From positions 1 to 64,000 of IMG/VR virus record IMGVR_UViG_3300005613_000045: a stretch of 64,000 nt of DNA; one strand, 5' to 3'. The notes under the pieces were generated by a model. The model was not told where the DNA came from, ran no database searches, and saw only the letters and a list, made by a program, of their open reading frames with translations. Source of the stretch: a virus. Shown piece after piece: positions 18,399 to 27,377 of this stretch (positions are counted from its first letter, which is position 1; each line of letters opens with the position of its first letter). A program made the translations under genes and the position numbers.

Positions 18399-18409
18399 AA
18401 AATAGCATA

Positions 18410-18441
18410 AAGAGTGTGCTCTCGAAAGAGAGCACACTCTT
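18410..18441 (+). terminator. Stem-loop terminator or RNA-stability hairpin after the capsid gene
   Basis: 14-bp perfect stem AAGAGTGTGCTCTC/GAGAGCACACTCTT with a GAAA tetraloop. The 3' tail is CTCAT..., not a strong U-tract. Confidence 0.55.
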
Positions 18442-18460
18442 CTCATAAAGGAGGGCATCT

Positions 18461-19159
18461 ATGATTTGGCCAGCGATCACTGTGATGATCATTACTTATA
18501 AACGTCCAACTGAAATTAGAAAAACAATTTCAGCACTCAAAGAAAAAATAAAATATCCTGGTAAAATTTTTTGGCATATCGCTGATGACGAGTCTGGAGA
18601 AAATTATATTCCAGATATTAAAAAAGATTTTCCAGAACTAAAAATTTCTGGTACGACTTGTCATCGAGGCGGATGGGGAAAAAATTTTAATACTGCTTTT
18701 CGTGAAGTTGCTACAGAATATATCTTTGTTTGTGAAGATGATTATGTGGCTATTCGTGAGATTGATCTGCAGACAGGTATTCTATTGATGAAGGAATTAC
18801 CTACTACGGGATTAATTCGTTATGATGGAATAGAGGGACACAAACTAAATTTGTTCCTTCGCTCTGTTAAAAGTGAAGAAACTTCAGAAACTATCCAGTT
18901 TGCTTTTATTGATAGGGATAGTCCTGATCTATATATTTATAGCAATCGTCCGCATTTAGTAAGTAAAGCTTTTCACAACAAGTATGGTTTATATCCTGAA
19001 GGTATATCTTTAGGAATAACTGAAGAAGCTTTTGCACATATCATTAAAGATAGAGTAGAAGATGAAATGGATCTAGCTATATTATCCACAGGAATTCCTA
19101 GAGCTTTCGATCATATAGGGCACAGCTATCAGCTTACAACTGAAGACATTTCAAAATAG
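18461..19159 (+). CDS. GT-A fold (GT2-like) glycosyltransferase
   Basis: N-terminal VMIITYKRP plus downstream acidic IADDE/CEDD motifs fit a GT2-type nucleotide-sugar-binding domain. Confidence 0.5.
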   Translation: MIWPAITVMIITYKRPTEIRKTISALKEKIKYPGKIFWHIADDESGENYIPDIKKDFPELKISGTTCHRGGWGKNFNTAFREVATEYIFVCEDDYVAIREIDLQTGILLMKELPTTGLIRYDGIEGHKLNLFLRSVKSEETSETIQFAFIDRDSPDLYIYSNRPHLVSKAFHNKYGLYPEGISLGITEEAFAHIIKDRVEDEMDLAILSTGIPRAFDHIGHSYQLTTEDISK

Positions 19160-19169
19160 GAGGAACACT

Positions 19170-19718
19170 GTGGATTATTCAGAACATCTTAGCAATACTT
19201 TTGGTTTTATTTCTTTAGAAGAATTAGAACTTTTAAAAAAGTTTATTTCGCAAAGCGATTCTAAAGCTGTTGTATTAGACTTGGGAACAGGTTCAGGTAC
19301 TACTCTGACAGCCGTACTAGAAGAAAGCCCACAAGCAAAAATTACAACTGTCGATAACAAACCTTCTTCTGCAGAAGGGCGTATGCACGAAGCAGGATTC
19401 TCTTGTGAGAATGTTTCTTTTGTTGTTGAAGATTCTCTTAAAGCTGCAGAATTTTGGGATACCCCTGTGGACTTTATTATTTTTGACCTTGATGTTCCTG
19501 ATAATACTTTAGAGGATCATATTAGGGCATGGGCTGCTCATCTTAAAGTTGGTGCATATTTTGCAATGCACGATTATGGTGAAAAATTTTCTTCTTGGGA
19601 AAACAAGAAAAATATTCTAGACAAATTTGCTCGTTATAATGGATTAAAATTGCAAGAACAGGTAGGATGTTTGGCTATCTTTAAAAAATATTCTACAAAA
19701 CGAGGACGTAAAAAGTAA
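19170..19718 (+). CDS. Class I SAM-dependent methyltransferase
   Basis: Motif I VVLDLGTGSGTT; GTG start with TAGGAGG RBS. Confidence 0.7.
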   Translation: MDYSEHLSNTFGFISLEELELLKKFISQSDSKAVVLDLGTGSGTTLTAVLEESPQAKITTVDNKPSSAEGRMHEAGFSCENVSFVVEDSLKAAEFWDTPVDFIIFDLDVPDNTLEDHIRAWAAHLKVGAYFAMHDYGEKFSSWENKKNILDKFARYNGLKLQEQVGCLAIFKKYSTKRGRKK

Positions 19719-20305
19719 TGTGCAACAGCTGGTGTATAGATTTTGTTAAAGCGTCTATGGAATATTGGCCAAAGCATCCTGATATTCTTGAAGTAGGTAG
19801 CCTCAATGTGAATGGGTCTCCTCGTGATGTGTGCCAAGGAAAATATAAGTCATACACAGGAGTAGATATTACTCCTGGATTCTGTGTCGATCAGGTTGTA
19901 TCTGTAGAAGATCTTCCTAATACTGACATTAAAAAAGCTGATGTTGTAATCTCTACAGAGATGCTAGAGCATGTACATGATTGGAAGATTGCTTTGTTCA
20001 ATCTTCTTTTTATGCTTAAAGACAATGGTGTTCTTGTACTTACAACTCGTAGTCCTGGGTTTGAATATCATCCTTACCCTGAAGATAATTGGCGTTTTGT
20101 GGTTAAAGATTTTGAACACTTGTTTGATAACTCTATCTTTCCCACATCTTTTAAACTTGTTCACGCTGAACCAGACCCAGATCTTCGCAACGGTGTTAGT
20201 TGTGGTGTAGGAATTATTGTTCAGAAAATTGGCTATGATTTAAAAATTATTCAAGAGCGGATTAATTCGTTCGACGCTTATAACATGCACACTCATAGAG
20301 GTTAA
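19718..20305 (+). CDS. Class I SAM-dependent methyltransferase (Methyltransf_11-like)
   Basis: ILEVGSLNVNG and ISTEMLEHVHDW motifs. Confidence 0.6.
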   Translation: MCNSWCIDFVKASMEYWPKHPDILEVGSLNVNGSPRDVCQGKYKSYTGVDITPGFCVDQVVSVEDLPNTDIKKADVVISTEMLEHVHDWKIALFNLLFMLKDNGVLVLTTRSPGFEYHPYPEDNWRFVVKDFEHLFDNSIFPTSFKLVHAEPDPDLRNGVSCGVGIIVQKIGYDLKIIQERINSFDAYNMHTHRG

Positions 20306-20312
20306 GAATATC

Positions 20313-20822
20313 ATGGATAACTACAAATTCGCTAAGGGTTGGCTTACTGCTGACGAACGTGAAACACTAAAACATTATGCAGAACTTGCTCAAACAGAGT
20401 CTAATCGTCCTCTTATTATTAATATTGGTGTAGAGTATGGTGCTTCACTGCACTGTTTTCGTGCGGGTTCTTTGCTCGCAGATATTGTTGGGGTCGATCT
20501 TGATGTTTCAAAACTTGATGGTGATCCACGAGCGGAGCTAATTGCAGGGGATTCGACAGACAAGAATACAGCAGATCAAGCAGGTGAAGCTTGTGATATT
20601 CTGTTTGTAGATGGTGGTCATGCTGCTGGAAATGTTACAGACGACATCCGCTTGTGGTCTCCTAAAGTAATTAAAGGTGGGATTATGCTGTTCCACGATT
20701 ATTCTCCTTTGGATATGCACAGTGGTGTTGTGCAGGCTGTGGATACGTGGTATTCTAAAAATAAAAAGAATTGGGAATTCATTGAACAAGTAGATACAAT
20801 ACGAGTTTATCTTAGGAAGTAA
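20313..20822 (+). CDS. Putative class I SAM-dependent methyltransferase (O-MTase/Methyltransf_24-like)
   Basis: LIINIGVEYGASL, ILFVDGGHA and LFHDY arrangement. Confidence 0.5.
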   Translation: MDNYKFAKGWLTADERETLKHYAELAQTESNRPLIINIGVEYGASLHCFRAGSLLADIVGVDLDVSKLDGDPRAELIAGDSTDKNTADQAGEACDILFVDGGHAAGNVTDDIRLWSPKVIKGGIMLFHDYSPLDMHSGVVQAVDTWYSKNKKNWEFIEQVDTIRVYLRK

Positions 20823-20850
20823 TCTAGTTCTCCTTTAAGGAGCTTCTAAC

Positions 20851-21747
20851 ATGACACGAAAAGTTAATGTTGGTCCTGCGGAACCTGTATATCTTACAAA
20901 CGCTAGTGATATTTCTATCAATACTGGAGACATCACGCTTGGTGATGTTGGCGTTACCAGCATTGGTAATGGTGTTGATGTCGCTCAGGGTGCCACAACA
21001 GACGCTGCTGCTAGTTCTTCGGTTGCAGAAGATACCACAGCACGAACTGGAATTGGACTGTGGAAGGGTATTAAAAATATCCTGATTCTGATCAATGCTA
21101 AATTTGGTTCGCTTGGTCAGAAAACAATGGCAGGTAGCGCCCCTGTGGTATTGGCTTCTGATCAGAGTGCGCTTGCTGTAGATGCCACAGGTCAAGGTGA
21201 TGTTCCTGTTACGCTTGATGGGGAAGAGGTTGTACTTGGTGCTGGCACTGCAGCAATTGGTAAACTTGCAGCCAATAGCGGTGTAGATATTGGTGATGTG
21301 GATGTAGCGAGTATTGCTGCAGGTGATAATAATATTGGTAACGTAGATCTTGCCAGTGCTATTCCATCAGGTACAAATCTTATTGGTAAAACGAGTGTTG
21401 GTCAAGATACTTCTACAATTTACAACGGCACTACAGCACTTACACCAAAGTTTGCTGCGATTAATGTGGCTTCAAGTGGTGATAATACAATTGTTGCAGC
21501 GGTTGTCGATAAAAAGATTCGTGTTTTGCAAGTTCTTTTAACCGCAGGAGCGGCTGTAAACGTGCGTTTTGAGGATGGTGCTGGTGGTACTGCATTGACA
21601 GGTATTATGGAAGTAGCTGCTAATGGTGGTTTTGTGCTTCCTTTTAGCCCTGTGGGTTGGTTTGAAACAGGTACGAATACTATTTTGAATCTTGAACTTA
21701 GTGCTGCTCAAAATGTTGATGGCATTATTGTTTACGTGGAGGTTTAA
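20851..21747 (+). CDS. Gly/Ala/Thr/Val-rich beta-type protein, a candidate virion surface or decoration protein
   Basis: 298 aa of low-complexity G/A/T/S/V/D-rich sequence. The strong RBS AAGGAG is embedded in a CTCCTTTAAGGAG palindrome. Confidence 0.5.
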   Translation: MTRKVNVGPAEPVYLTNASDISINTGDITLGDVGVTSIGNGVDVAQGATTDAAASSSVAEDTTARTGIGLWKGIKNILILINAKFGSLGQKTMAGSAPVVLASDQSALAVDATGQGDVPVTLDGEEVVLGAGTAAIGKLAANSGVDIGDVDVASIAAGDNNIGNVDLASAIPSGTNLIGKTSVGQDTSTIYNGTTALTPKFAAINVASSGDNTIVAAVVDKKIRVLQVLLTAGAAVNVRFEDGAGGTALTGIMEVAANGGFVLPFSPVGWFETGTNTILNLELSAAQNVDGIIVYVEV

Positions 21748-21749
21748 TA

Positions 21750-22298
21750 ATGAAAATTGTTAAAGTAAAAATTCGTCGCGGAGATCGTAGTAAGGGTGAA
21801 GATATGATGGTTTACCCTGCTGGATATAATGCTGAAGAGGTAGATAGTTATGGTTTCGGGCCTTCCGTACTCAATGGTACAGGTGGATACTCAGGCGGGA
21901 TTGGGCGGGGTTTTGCTGAGGAATCTTGTTTGATTGTTTTAGAAGACGAGGTAGCGGATCGCTATGCTCAAGATCCTGATATGGAAATTATTGATGAAGC
22001 TGCTGCAGATTCCCTTTCCGAGCAATGGCGTATAGCTAAACACGAAACAGAGATTGTAATTCGGGAGCCAGAAACTGTTCGCTATTTGCAAGATAAAAAA
22101 GCAAAAGGTGCAGAGCGTGTAGCGGATGGTAAGGGAGTTATTTCAGAATACACTCTTACTGCTGAAGAGTTAAAGATTCTTGATCCTGACGACCCGACAC
22201 CTGGGATCAATAAACGTCTTCGTCCTTATAAAATGGTTATTGAAGAAATGGGTCATACTCTAACTGCTAAAACTGGTGGACAAGCAAAAGGAGCGTAA
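21750..22298 (+). CDS. Hypothetical protein
   Basis: 182-aa ORF. Confidence 0.5.
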   Translation: MKIVKVKIRRGDRSKGEDMMVYPAGYNAEEVDSYGFGPSVLNGTGGYSGGIGRGFAEESCLIVLEDEVADRYAQDPDMEIIDEAAADSLSEQWRIAKHETEIVIREPETVRYLQDKKAKGAERVADGKGVISEYTLTAEELKILDPDDPTPGINKRLRPYKMVIEEMGHTLTAKTGGQAKGA

Positions 22299-22300
22299 AT

Positions 22301-22864
22301 ATGGCTCTTAAAGTTTATATAGCTTGCCCGAATAAAGGTAGTATAGATGCTCACACCGTGCTATGGCTGAGTCATGCCATAGCACAGCTTTCTAATAGTC
22401 TTGTGGTAGATTGTTTGCCTAGTCCTTATCCACTTCAGCAAGTAAGAAGTATGCAGCGCGAGAGGTTTTTAAAGAGTGATTGTACTCATATGTTCTTGCT
22501 GGATAGTGGTAAAGTTCCACAAGATCATACGATTCAGAAATTGCTTGAGCATGATAAAGATATTGTCGCAGCTCCACATCCTACTCGTATTGGATATGAG
22601 GTTGGACCAATGGTACTTGATCGTGTAGGTTCTGAGTATATGCAACATTATCCCTGGAAGGGTATGCAAGGACCGAATGTTGTAGTAGGATGTGGTGGTA
22701 TGCTCATTAAGAGAGAAGTTCTAGAGAAAGTTGGTCCTTTCTTTTGTCGCTATGATGATGCTGGATATGTTATTAAAACAGAAGATTTTGATTATTGTGA
22801 TCGTGCTCATAAATTAGGTTTTGAAGTCTGGGCAGATTTTAATCTAATACAGGAGCATTTTTAA
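22301..22864 (+). CDS. Putative GT-A fold glycosyltransferase
   Basis: C-terminal GCGGMLIKREV...TEDFDYCDRAHKLGFEV resembles the GT2 EDxDxxxRxxxxG region. Confidence 0.45.
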   Translation: MALKVYIACPNKGSIDAHTVLWLSHAIAQLSNSLVVDCLPSPYPLQQVRSMQRERFLKSDCTHMFLLDSGKVPQDHTIQKLLEHDKDIVAAPHPTRIGYEVGPMVLDRVGSEYMQHYPWKGMQGPNVVVGCGGMLIKREVLEKVGPFFCRYDDAGYVIKTEDFDYCDRAHKLGFEVWADFNLIQEHF

Positions 22865-23529
22865 TGACTTATAATGTTATAGGTTCTATTTTTCAAGACG
22901 ATAAAATATATAAATATGATGGATTTAGTTCTACTATTTTAACTTCTATTGCTACACCTGCAGAAGATTGTTATGATATTGGGCAACGTAATGATAATGT
23001 TTTATCTATTGATTATGTAACAGATAAGGTTTATGAGCTTGATGGTTTTACAACAACAATATTAAATAGTGTTGCTACAACAGAATTAACCAACACAGGT
23101 GTTACTTGGGATGGCTCAAATCTTATTGAAATGAATGTACAAACGGCTCGTTGCACAAAAGCTTCAGGTTTTTCTAATACTATTTCTGCTAGTTTTACTG
23201 CTCCTGTTACAAATCATTATGCAGTTGGCTGGGATGGAACTAATGCCCTTTCAACAAAAGCTGCAGGCGCTCCTCCTATTGTTTATCAATATACAGGATT
23301 CACAAGCTCTATTAAATCACAATTTAACGCCGCTGATTCTACTGTTCGGGGCATTGATATGGATGGAACAAATGTGCTAGTAGGTGTTAGTGGTAAAGTT
23401 GAAAAGCATGTAGGATTTACTTCTACTATTTCAAACTGTTTTAGTACAGGAGCAAACACAGCTTATATTATATGGTCTGATTTAGGTGCAGCAATTATAG
23501 CTAGAATGCTTTTAGGTGTTGGTGTTTAA
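22864..23529 (+). CDS. Protein built of about five ~43-aa internal repeats (GF[ST]x[ST]I ... DG[ST]N)
   Basis: Repeats are directly visible, e.g. YKYDGFSSTILTSIAT, YELDGFTTTILNSVAT, YQYTGFTSSIKSQFNA and KHVGFTSTISNCFST. Confidence 0.55.
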   Translation: MTYNVIGSIFQDDKIYKYDGFSSTILTSIATPAEDCYDIGQRNDNVLSIDYVTDKVYELDGFTTTILNSVATTELTNTGVTWDGSNLIEMNVQTARCTKASGFSNTISASFTAPVTNHYAVGWDGTNALSTKAAGAPPIVYQYTGFTSSIKSQFNAADSTVRGIDMDGTNVLVGVSGKVEKHVGFTSTISNCFSTGANTAYIIWSDLGAAIIARMLLGVGV

Positions 23530-23549
23530 TTTTCAATGAGGGCCAATCA

Positions 23550-25907
23550 ATGAAACTATTCCTTAATCCTCCTGCAAAGAAAAAAGAAAAGCTAGGTAGT
23601 GGTGTCGATGTTGTAGTTTATCAAATGACTAAACATCTACAAGAAATAGCTAATGTATTTCTTGTCCCTACTGTGGATGAAGCAGATATTTTTGCTACAC
23701 ATATTTCTGCTGAAGGATCTCGTCCTGCAGATGTTCTTCATTGTCATGGTCTCTATCCTACACAGGATAGAGAATCTGATAAATGGATGTGGAAAATTAA
23801 CCAGCTTGTTATCGAGTCTGCTAAGAAAGCTGTGTTGGTTACAGTTCCTTCTCCTTGGGTAGCTGAAATTTTTCAACGAGATATGGGATTCACACCAGAA
23901 ATTATTCCTCATGGTTTAGATTTAGCAGAGTGGAAACCTAGAACTCTAGGGCAAACACCTACTATTTTGTGGAATAAGAATAGAAATTCTGATGTCTGTA
24001 ATCCTGATCCTGTTAATGAGATCGCTGCTATAGCTAAGGATCTTTCTTTTGTATCTACCTTTGGTAAAGCTACACCTAACGTGAAAATTGTAGGCTCTAT
24101 GCCTCATCCACAAATGAAAGAGCTTTTATACCAAAGTGGGATTTATCTCGCTACAACAAAAGAAACTTTTGGTATAGGTATTCTTGAAGCTTTGATTTGT
24201 GGACTACCTGTGCTGGCTTGGAATTATGGTAATGCTCCTTACCTCGTACAGCATAAAGTCACAGGATATATTGCACAGCCTGGAGACTACCAAGATTCTG
24301 TTGCAGGCTTGCATTATATCACAGAGAATTGGGAAGAACTTTCCAAGAATGCTCAAGCTTACGCTAAAAGATTTTCTTGGAAAGAGGTTGCACTCCAATA
24401 TTTGCGTGTGTATGAAAAAGCCCTAGAAATTAAAGAAGAAGAAAAAGTAGGGCGTGTCAGCTTTGTTATGCCTTGTCATAATTATGGACAATGGGTAGGA
24501 GAAGCTATCCATTCTGTGCGTAATCAAACACGAGCAAACATTGAATGTATTGTTATTGATGATGGGTCCACAGATAACTCCTATGAAAAAGCTCTCGAAG
24601 CTGCAGGAGATGACCCACGAATTCGTGTGATTAAGCAAGAGAATCAAGGTGTAGCAGCTACAAGAAATCGTGGAGCAATGCTTGCTAAAGGTCCCTTCCT
24701 TTCTTTTTTGGATGCTGATGATAGACTGAGACCAGAATTTGTAGAGCGTCTTTTACCTGAACTTCAGGCAGATCGTTCTCTCGGTATCTCTTATGGTAAA
24801 CTAGCCATCATGGATAAGGATGGTAATACTACAGGACAAGCAAGAGATTGGCCAGAAGATTACTCCGCAGATAAGCAACTACAAAAGCAGAATAGAATTC
24901 CTGCTTGTTGTCTTATGCGCAAAGAAATCTTTTTACGCACAGGTGGGTTCAGACAGCATACAGCACCAACAGAAGACGCCGAACTGTGGGCACGCTTTGC
25001 ACTTATCGGATATAGAGGAAAGCTTTCTACAATTAAACCTGTGTATGATTACAGGTTGCATGGTAATAGTGCTTCTACAAGTTTGCAAGGTAAACCTGCG
25101 CCTGATTGGACAAGCTGGTTGGCTGCAGCTAATGGTGGAAAGGTTCCCTTCGCTGCAGAAGTTTCCAAAAAAGAAGCCTCACACCCTGTGTTAGATTATG
25201 ATCAACCTTTTATTTCTTTTATTATTCCTGTGGGTCCTGATCATGTTAAACATCTGCAGAGAGCTTTGGAATCAGTTGCTGGGCAGACATTACCTACATG
25301 GGAAGCTGTGGTTATTGATGATACAGATGAAGGTGATCTTAAAAAGCAAGGAAGTATTCCTTACGAGATTGCTTATCCTTGGGTAAGATGGGTAAGAAAT
25401 ACAAAGCTGCATAATGTGAGCGCTGCAAGAAACCAGGGGGCGGCTGTAGCTAGAGGAAAGTATCTTTGCTGCTTGGACGCTGACGATTATATCTATCGTG
25501 ACTTCATGGCAGGTATGAAGAACGTCTTGGACTATTGCGAAGGCGATGCACGTATTGTATACTCTGATTGGGTATCAATGCCTAATGGAGAAGTACATAA
25601 AGCGGAAAACTGGAACATTCAAAGACTTAAAGATCACGCTCTTTTCGCAGTTACTTTTGCAGTTCCTCGTTCAGCTTATTTTCAAGTGGGTGGTTTTGAT
25701 GAATCACTCGATCTCTGGGAAGATTGGGATTTTACAATCAAGCTTGCTCTTGCGGGATATGTAGGTATTCGTGTACCGAAACCTTTGTTTGCTTATTGTT
25801 ATGATACAGGAGAGCGGCGAGAGCAGAGCCTAGAAAATAAAGATAGATTGTTTAAAGCAATTCGAGGAGAATACGAAGCAGTTATTCCTGCAGCAAGGCG
25901 TGGTTGA
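23550..25907 (+). CDS. Three-domain glycosyltransferase: GT4/GT1-like (E-x7-E) plus two GT2 domains
   Basis: ETFGIGILEAL is the GT4 EX7E motif. First GT2 domain: VSFVMPCHNYGQW...VIDDGSTDNS...FLDADD. Second GT2 domain: ISFIIPVGPDH...VVIDDTDEG...CLDADD. 785 aa in total. Confidence 0.75.
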   Translation: MKLFLNPPAKKKEKLGSGVDVVVYQMTKHLQEIANVFLVPTVDEADIFATHISAEGSRPADVLHCHGLYPTQDRESDKWMWKINQLVIESAKKAVLVTVPSPWVAEIFQRDMGFTPEIIPHGLDLAEWKPRTLGQTPTILWNKNRNSDVCNPDPVNEIAAIAKDLSFVSTFGKATPNVKIVGSMPHPQMKELLYQSGIYLATTKETFGIGILEALICGLPVLAWNYGNAPYLVQHKVTGYIAQPGDYQDSVAGLHYITENWEELSKNAQAYAKRFSWKEVALQYLRVYEKALEIKEEEKVGRVSFVMPCHNYGQWVGEAIHSVRNQTRANIECIVIDDGSTDNSYEKALEAAGDDPRIRVIKQENQGVAATRNRGAMLAKGPFLSFLDADDRLRPEFVERLLPELQADRSLGISYGKLAIMDKDGNTTGQARDWPEDYSADKQLQKQNRIPACCLMRKEIFLRTGGFRQHTAPTEDAELWARFALIGYRGKLSTIKPVYDYRLHGNSASTSLQGKPAPDWTSWLAAANGGKVPFAAEVSKKEASHPVLDYDQPFISFIIPVGPDHVKHLQRALESVAGQTLPTWEAVVIDDTDEGDLKKQGSIPYEIAYPWVRWVRNTKLHNVSAARNQGAAVARGKYLCCLDADDYIYRDFMAGMKNVLDYCEGDARIVYSDWVSMPNGEVHKAENWNIQRLKDHALFAVTFAVPRSAYFQVGGFDESLDLWEDWDFTIKLALAGYVGIRVPKPLFAYCYDTGERREQSLENKDRLFKAIRGEYEAVIPAARRG

Positions 25908-25928
25908 GGAGGCAATAAACAAGCTGCC

Positions 25929-26198
25929 GTGAGCAGCGCTCCTCAGAAAGTTGTTCCTGCAACTTATGACAGCATCAGCCCCCCTGTGATTGCTGCTAAA
26001 GCTTCTGTAGAACGACGCTATGACATGGTTAAAATTCGTTATACTAGAAACATTTTAGGCATGAGGATTTTTCCTCTTCCTTCAAAACATAAATATCGCT
26101 TTGATGCTAGTCCTAGTAACAGAGAAAAAATTGTTCCAAGATATGATGCTGATGAATTGATGTCACGTTATCCTAATACCTTTGAGATTATAGAGTAG
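25929..26198 (+). CDS. Hypothetical protein
   Basis: 89-aa ORF. Confidence 0.45.
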   Translation: MSSAPQKVVPATYDSISPPVIAAKASVERRYDMVKIRYTRNILGMRIFPLPSKHKYRFDASPSNREKIVPRYDADELMSRYPNTFEIIE

Positions 26199-26205
26199 GT
26201 GCAGC

Positions 26206-27369
26206 ATGGCCAGAAGTGATTTTGAAACCTTACTTCCGCTAGATAGTTATGCAAGAATTATTGGTGTAGATCCAAGACATTTTAATCAAGTGTATTGTGA
26301 ATCTTTTCCTGATCGACGAGGAGAAGATCTAGTATGGTTTCAAGATCACTGGCCACAACCAGGAAGAGCTAGTCGAGATGATGTAGCTATTGCTATTGCA
26401 GAAGCAGAAGAACTTATTGCAGAAGTCTTAGGTTTCTATGTTGCTCCAAAATACACAGTCAATGAATCACACATATTTCCTGGATTAGTTTTTAAACCTT
26501 TAAGTTATAATCGAATTCATGTGGGTTTAGAGCATTTAAAGTATATTGCTGGTGGATGTAGAACAGTTGACTCTATCGAAGAGGGAGTAGATATTTCTTC
26601 TTCGTATGTTGATCTAGATGGTGATGGATGGGATGAACAAATTCTTTTCACTGTCACACACGCAGACGCAGCTTCTTGGCAAGCAGAAGAGATAGGTATT
26701 TTTCCTCCAGGAAGTGATACGGATATAACTAATCAGATTAGAGGATTGCGAATCTCTATCAGCGGGACAACTATTACAGTGCGAGGTCAATCAGCACAGT
26801 TTGTTATCCCCGAACTGTGGAATTCTTATCAAGGAATTAATGGTGATGATCCTACAGTCTTCTTACAGACTGTGGATGTACATAGGATTTATACAGCATC
26901 CTCAGAAGATTGCCCTCCTGTGAAGTTTGTTTATAGAGATGATTCTGTATATCCTCCACAAGCTTTTACTTACGGTATTCTAGAAGAAGTAATGCCAGAC
27001 AGAGGATTAGTAGAAACTATTCCTGCTACTTGGGATGGTACAACATGGACAATTAGCGCTGTTTCGTGTAGTATATTAAAAAAGCCAGAACGTATTATGT
27101 TAAATTATCTGAGTGGGCATCCTTTGCTAAGAGGAGAGGTTCACCCCAAACTCTCCCGCGCAATTGCTGCTTTAGCTACGGCTCGTCTAACTTCTCCTAT
27201 CACAGGAGGAGGTGAATCTGTTAATAAGATTTACTACGAATGGCAACGTCCAGCCATCGAAGCAAACTATGCTCAAAATGTATGCCCATTCGGAGATCGT
27301 CATGGGGCATGGATTGCTTGGCAGATCGTACATACAATGTTTGGTTCTTCAAATAGTTTTTCGCTTTAG
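26206..27369 (+). CDS. Hypothetical virion structural protein
   Basis: 387-aa ORF in the late block. Confidence 0.55.
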   Translation: MARSDFETLLPLDSYARIIGVDPRHFNQVYCESFPDRRGEDLVWFQDHWPQPGRASRDDVAIAIAEAEELIAEVLGFYVAPKYTVNESHIFPGLVFKPLSYNRIHVGLEHLKYIAGGCRTVDSIEEGVDISSSYVDLDGDGWDEQILFTVTHADAASWQAEEIGIFPPGSDTDITNQIRGLRISISGTTITVRGQSAQFVIPELWNSYQGINGDDPTVFLQTVDVHRIYTASSEDCPPVKFVYRDDSVYPPQAFTYGILEEVMPDRGLVETIPATWDGTTWTISAVSCSILKKPERIMLNYLSGHPLLRGEVHPKLSRAIAALATARLTSPITGGGESVNKIYYEWQRPAIEANYAQNVCPFGDRHGAWIAWQIVHTMFGSSNSFSL

Positions 27370-27377
27370 GAGGCACT

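Noticed and set aside
20828-20850. The CTCCTTTAAGGAG palindrome upstream of 20851 as a regulatory hairpin
   Set aside because: A one-nucleotide loop is not foldable. It is simply a strong AAGGAG RBS with a fortuitous upstream complement.
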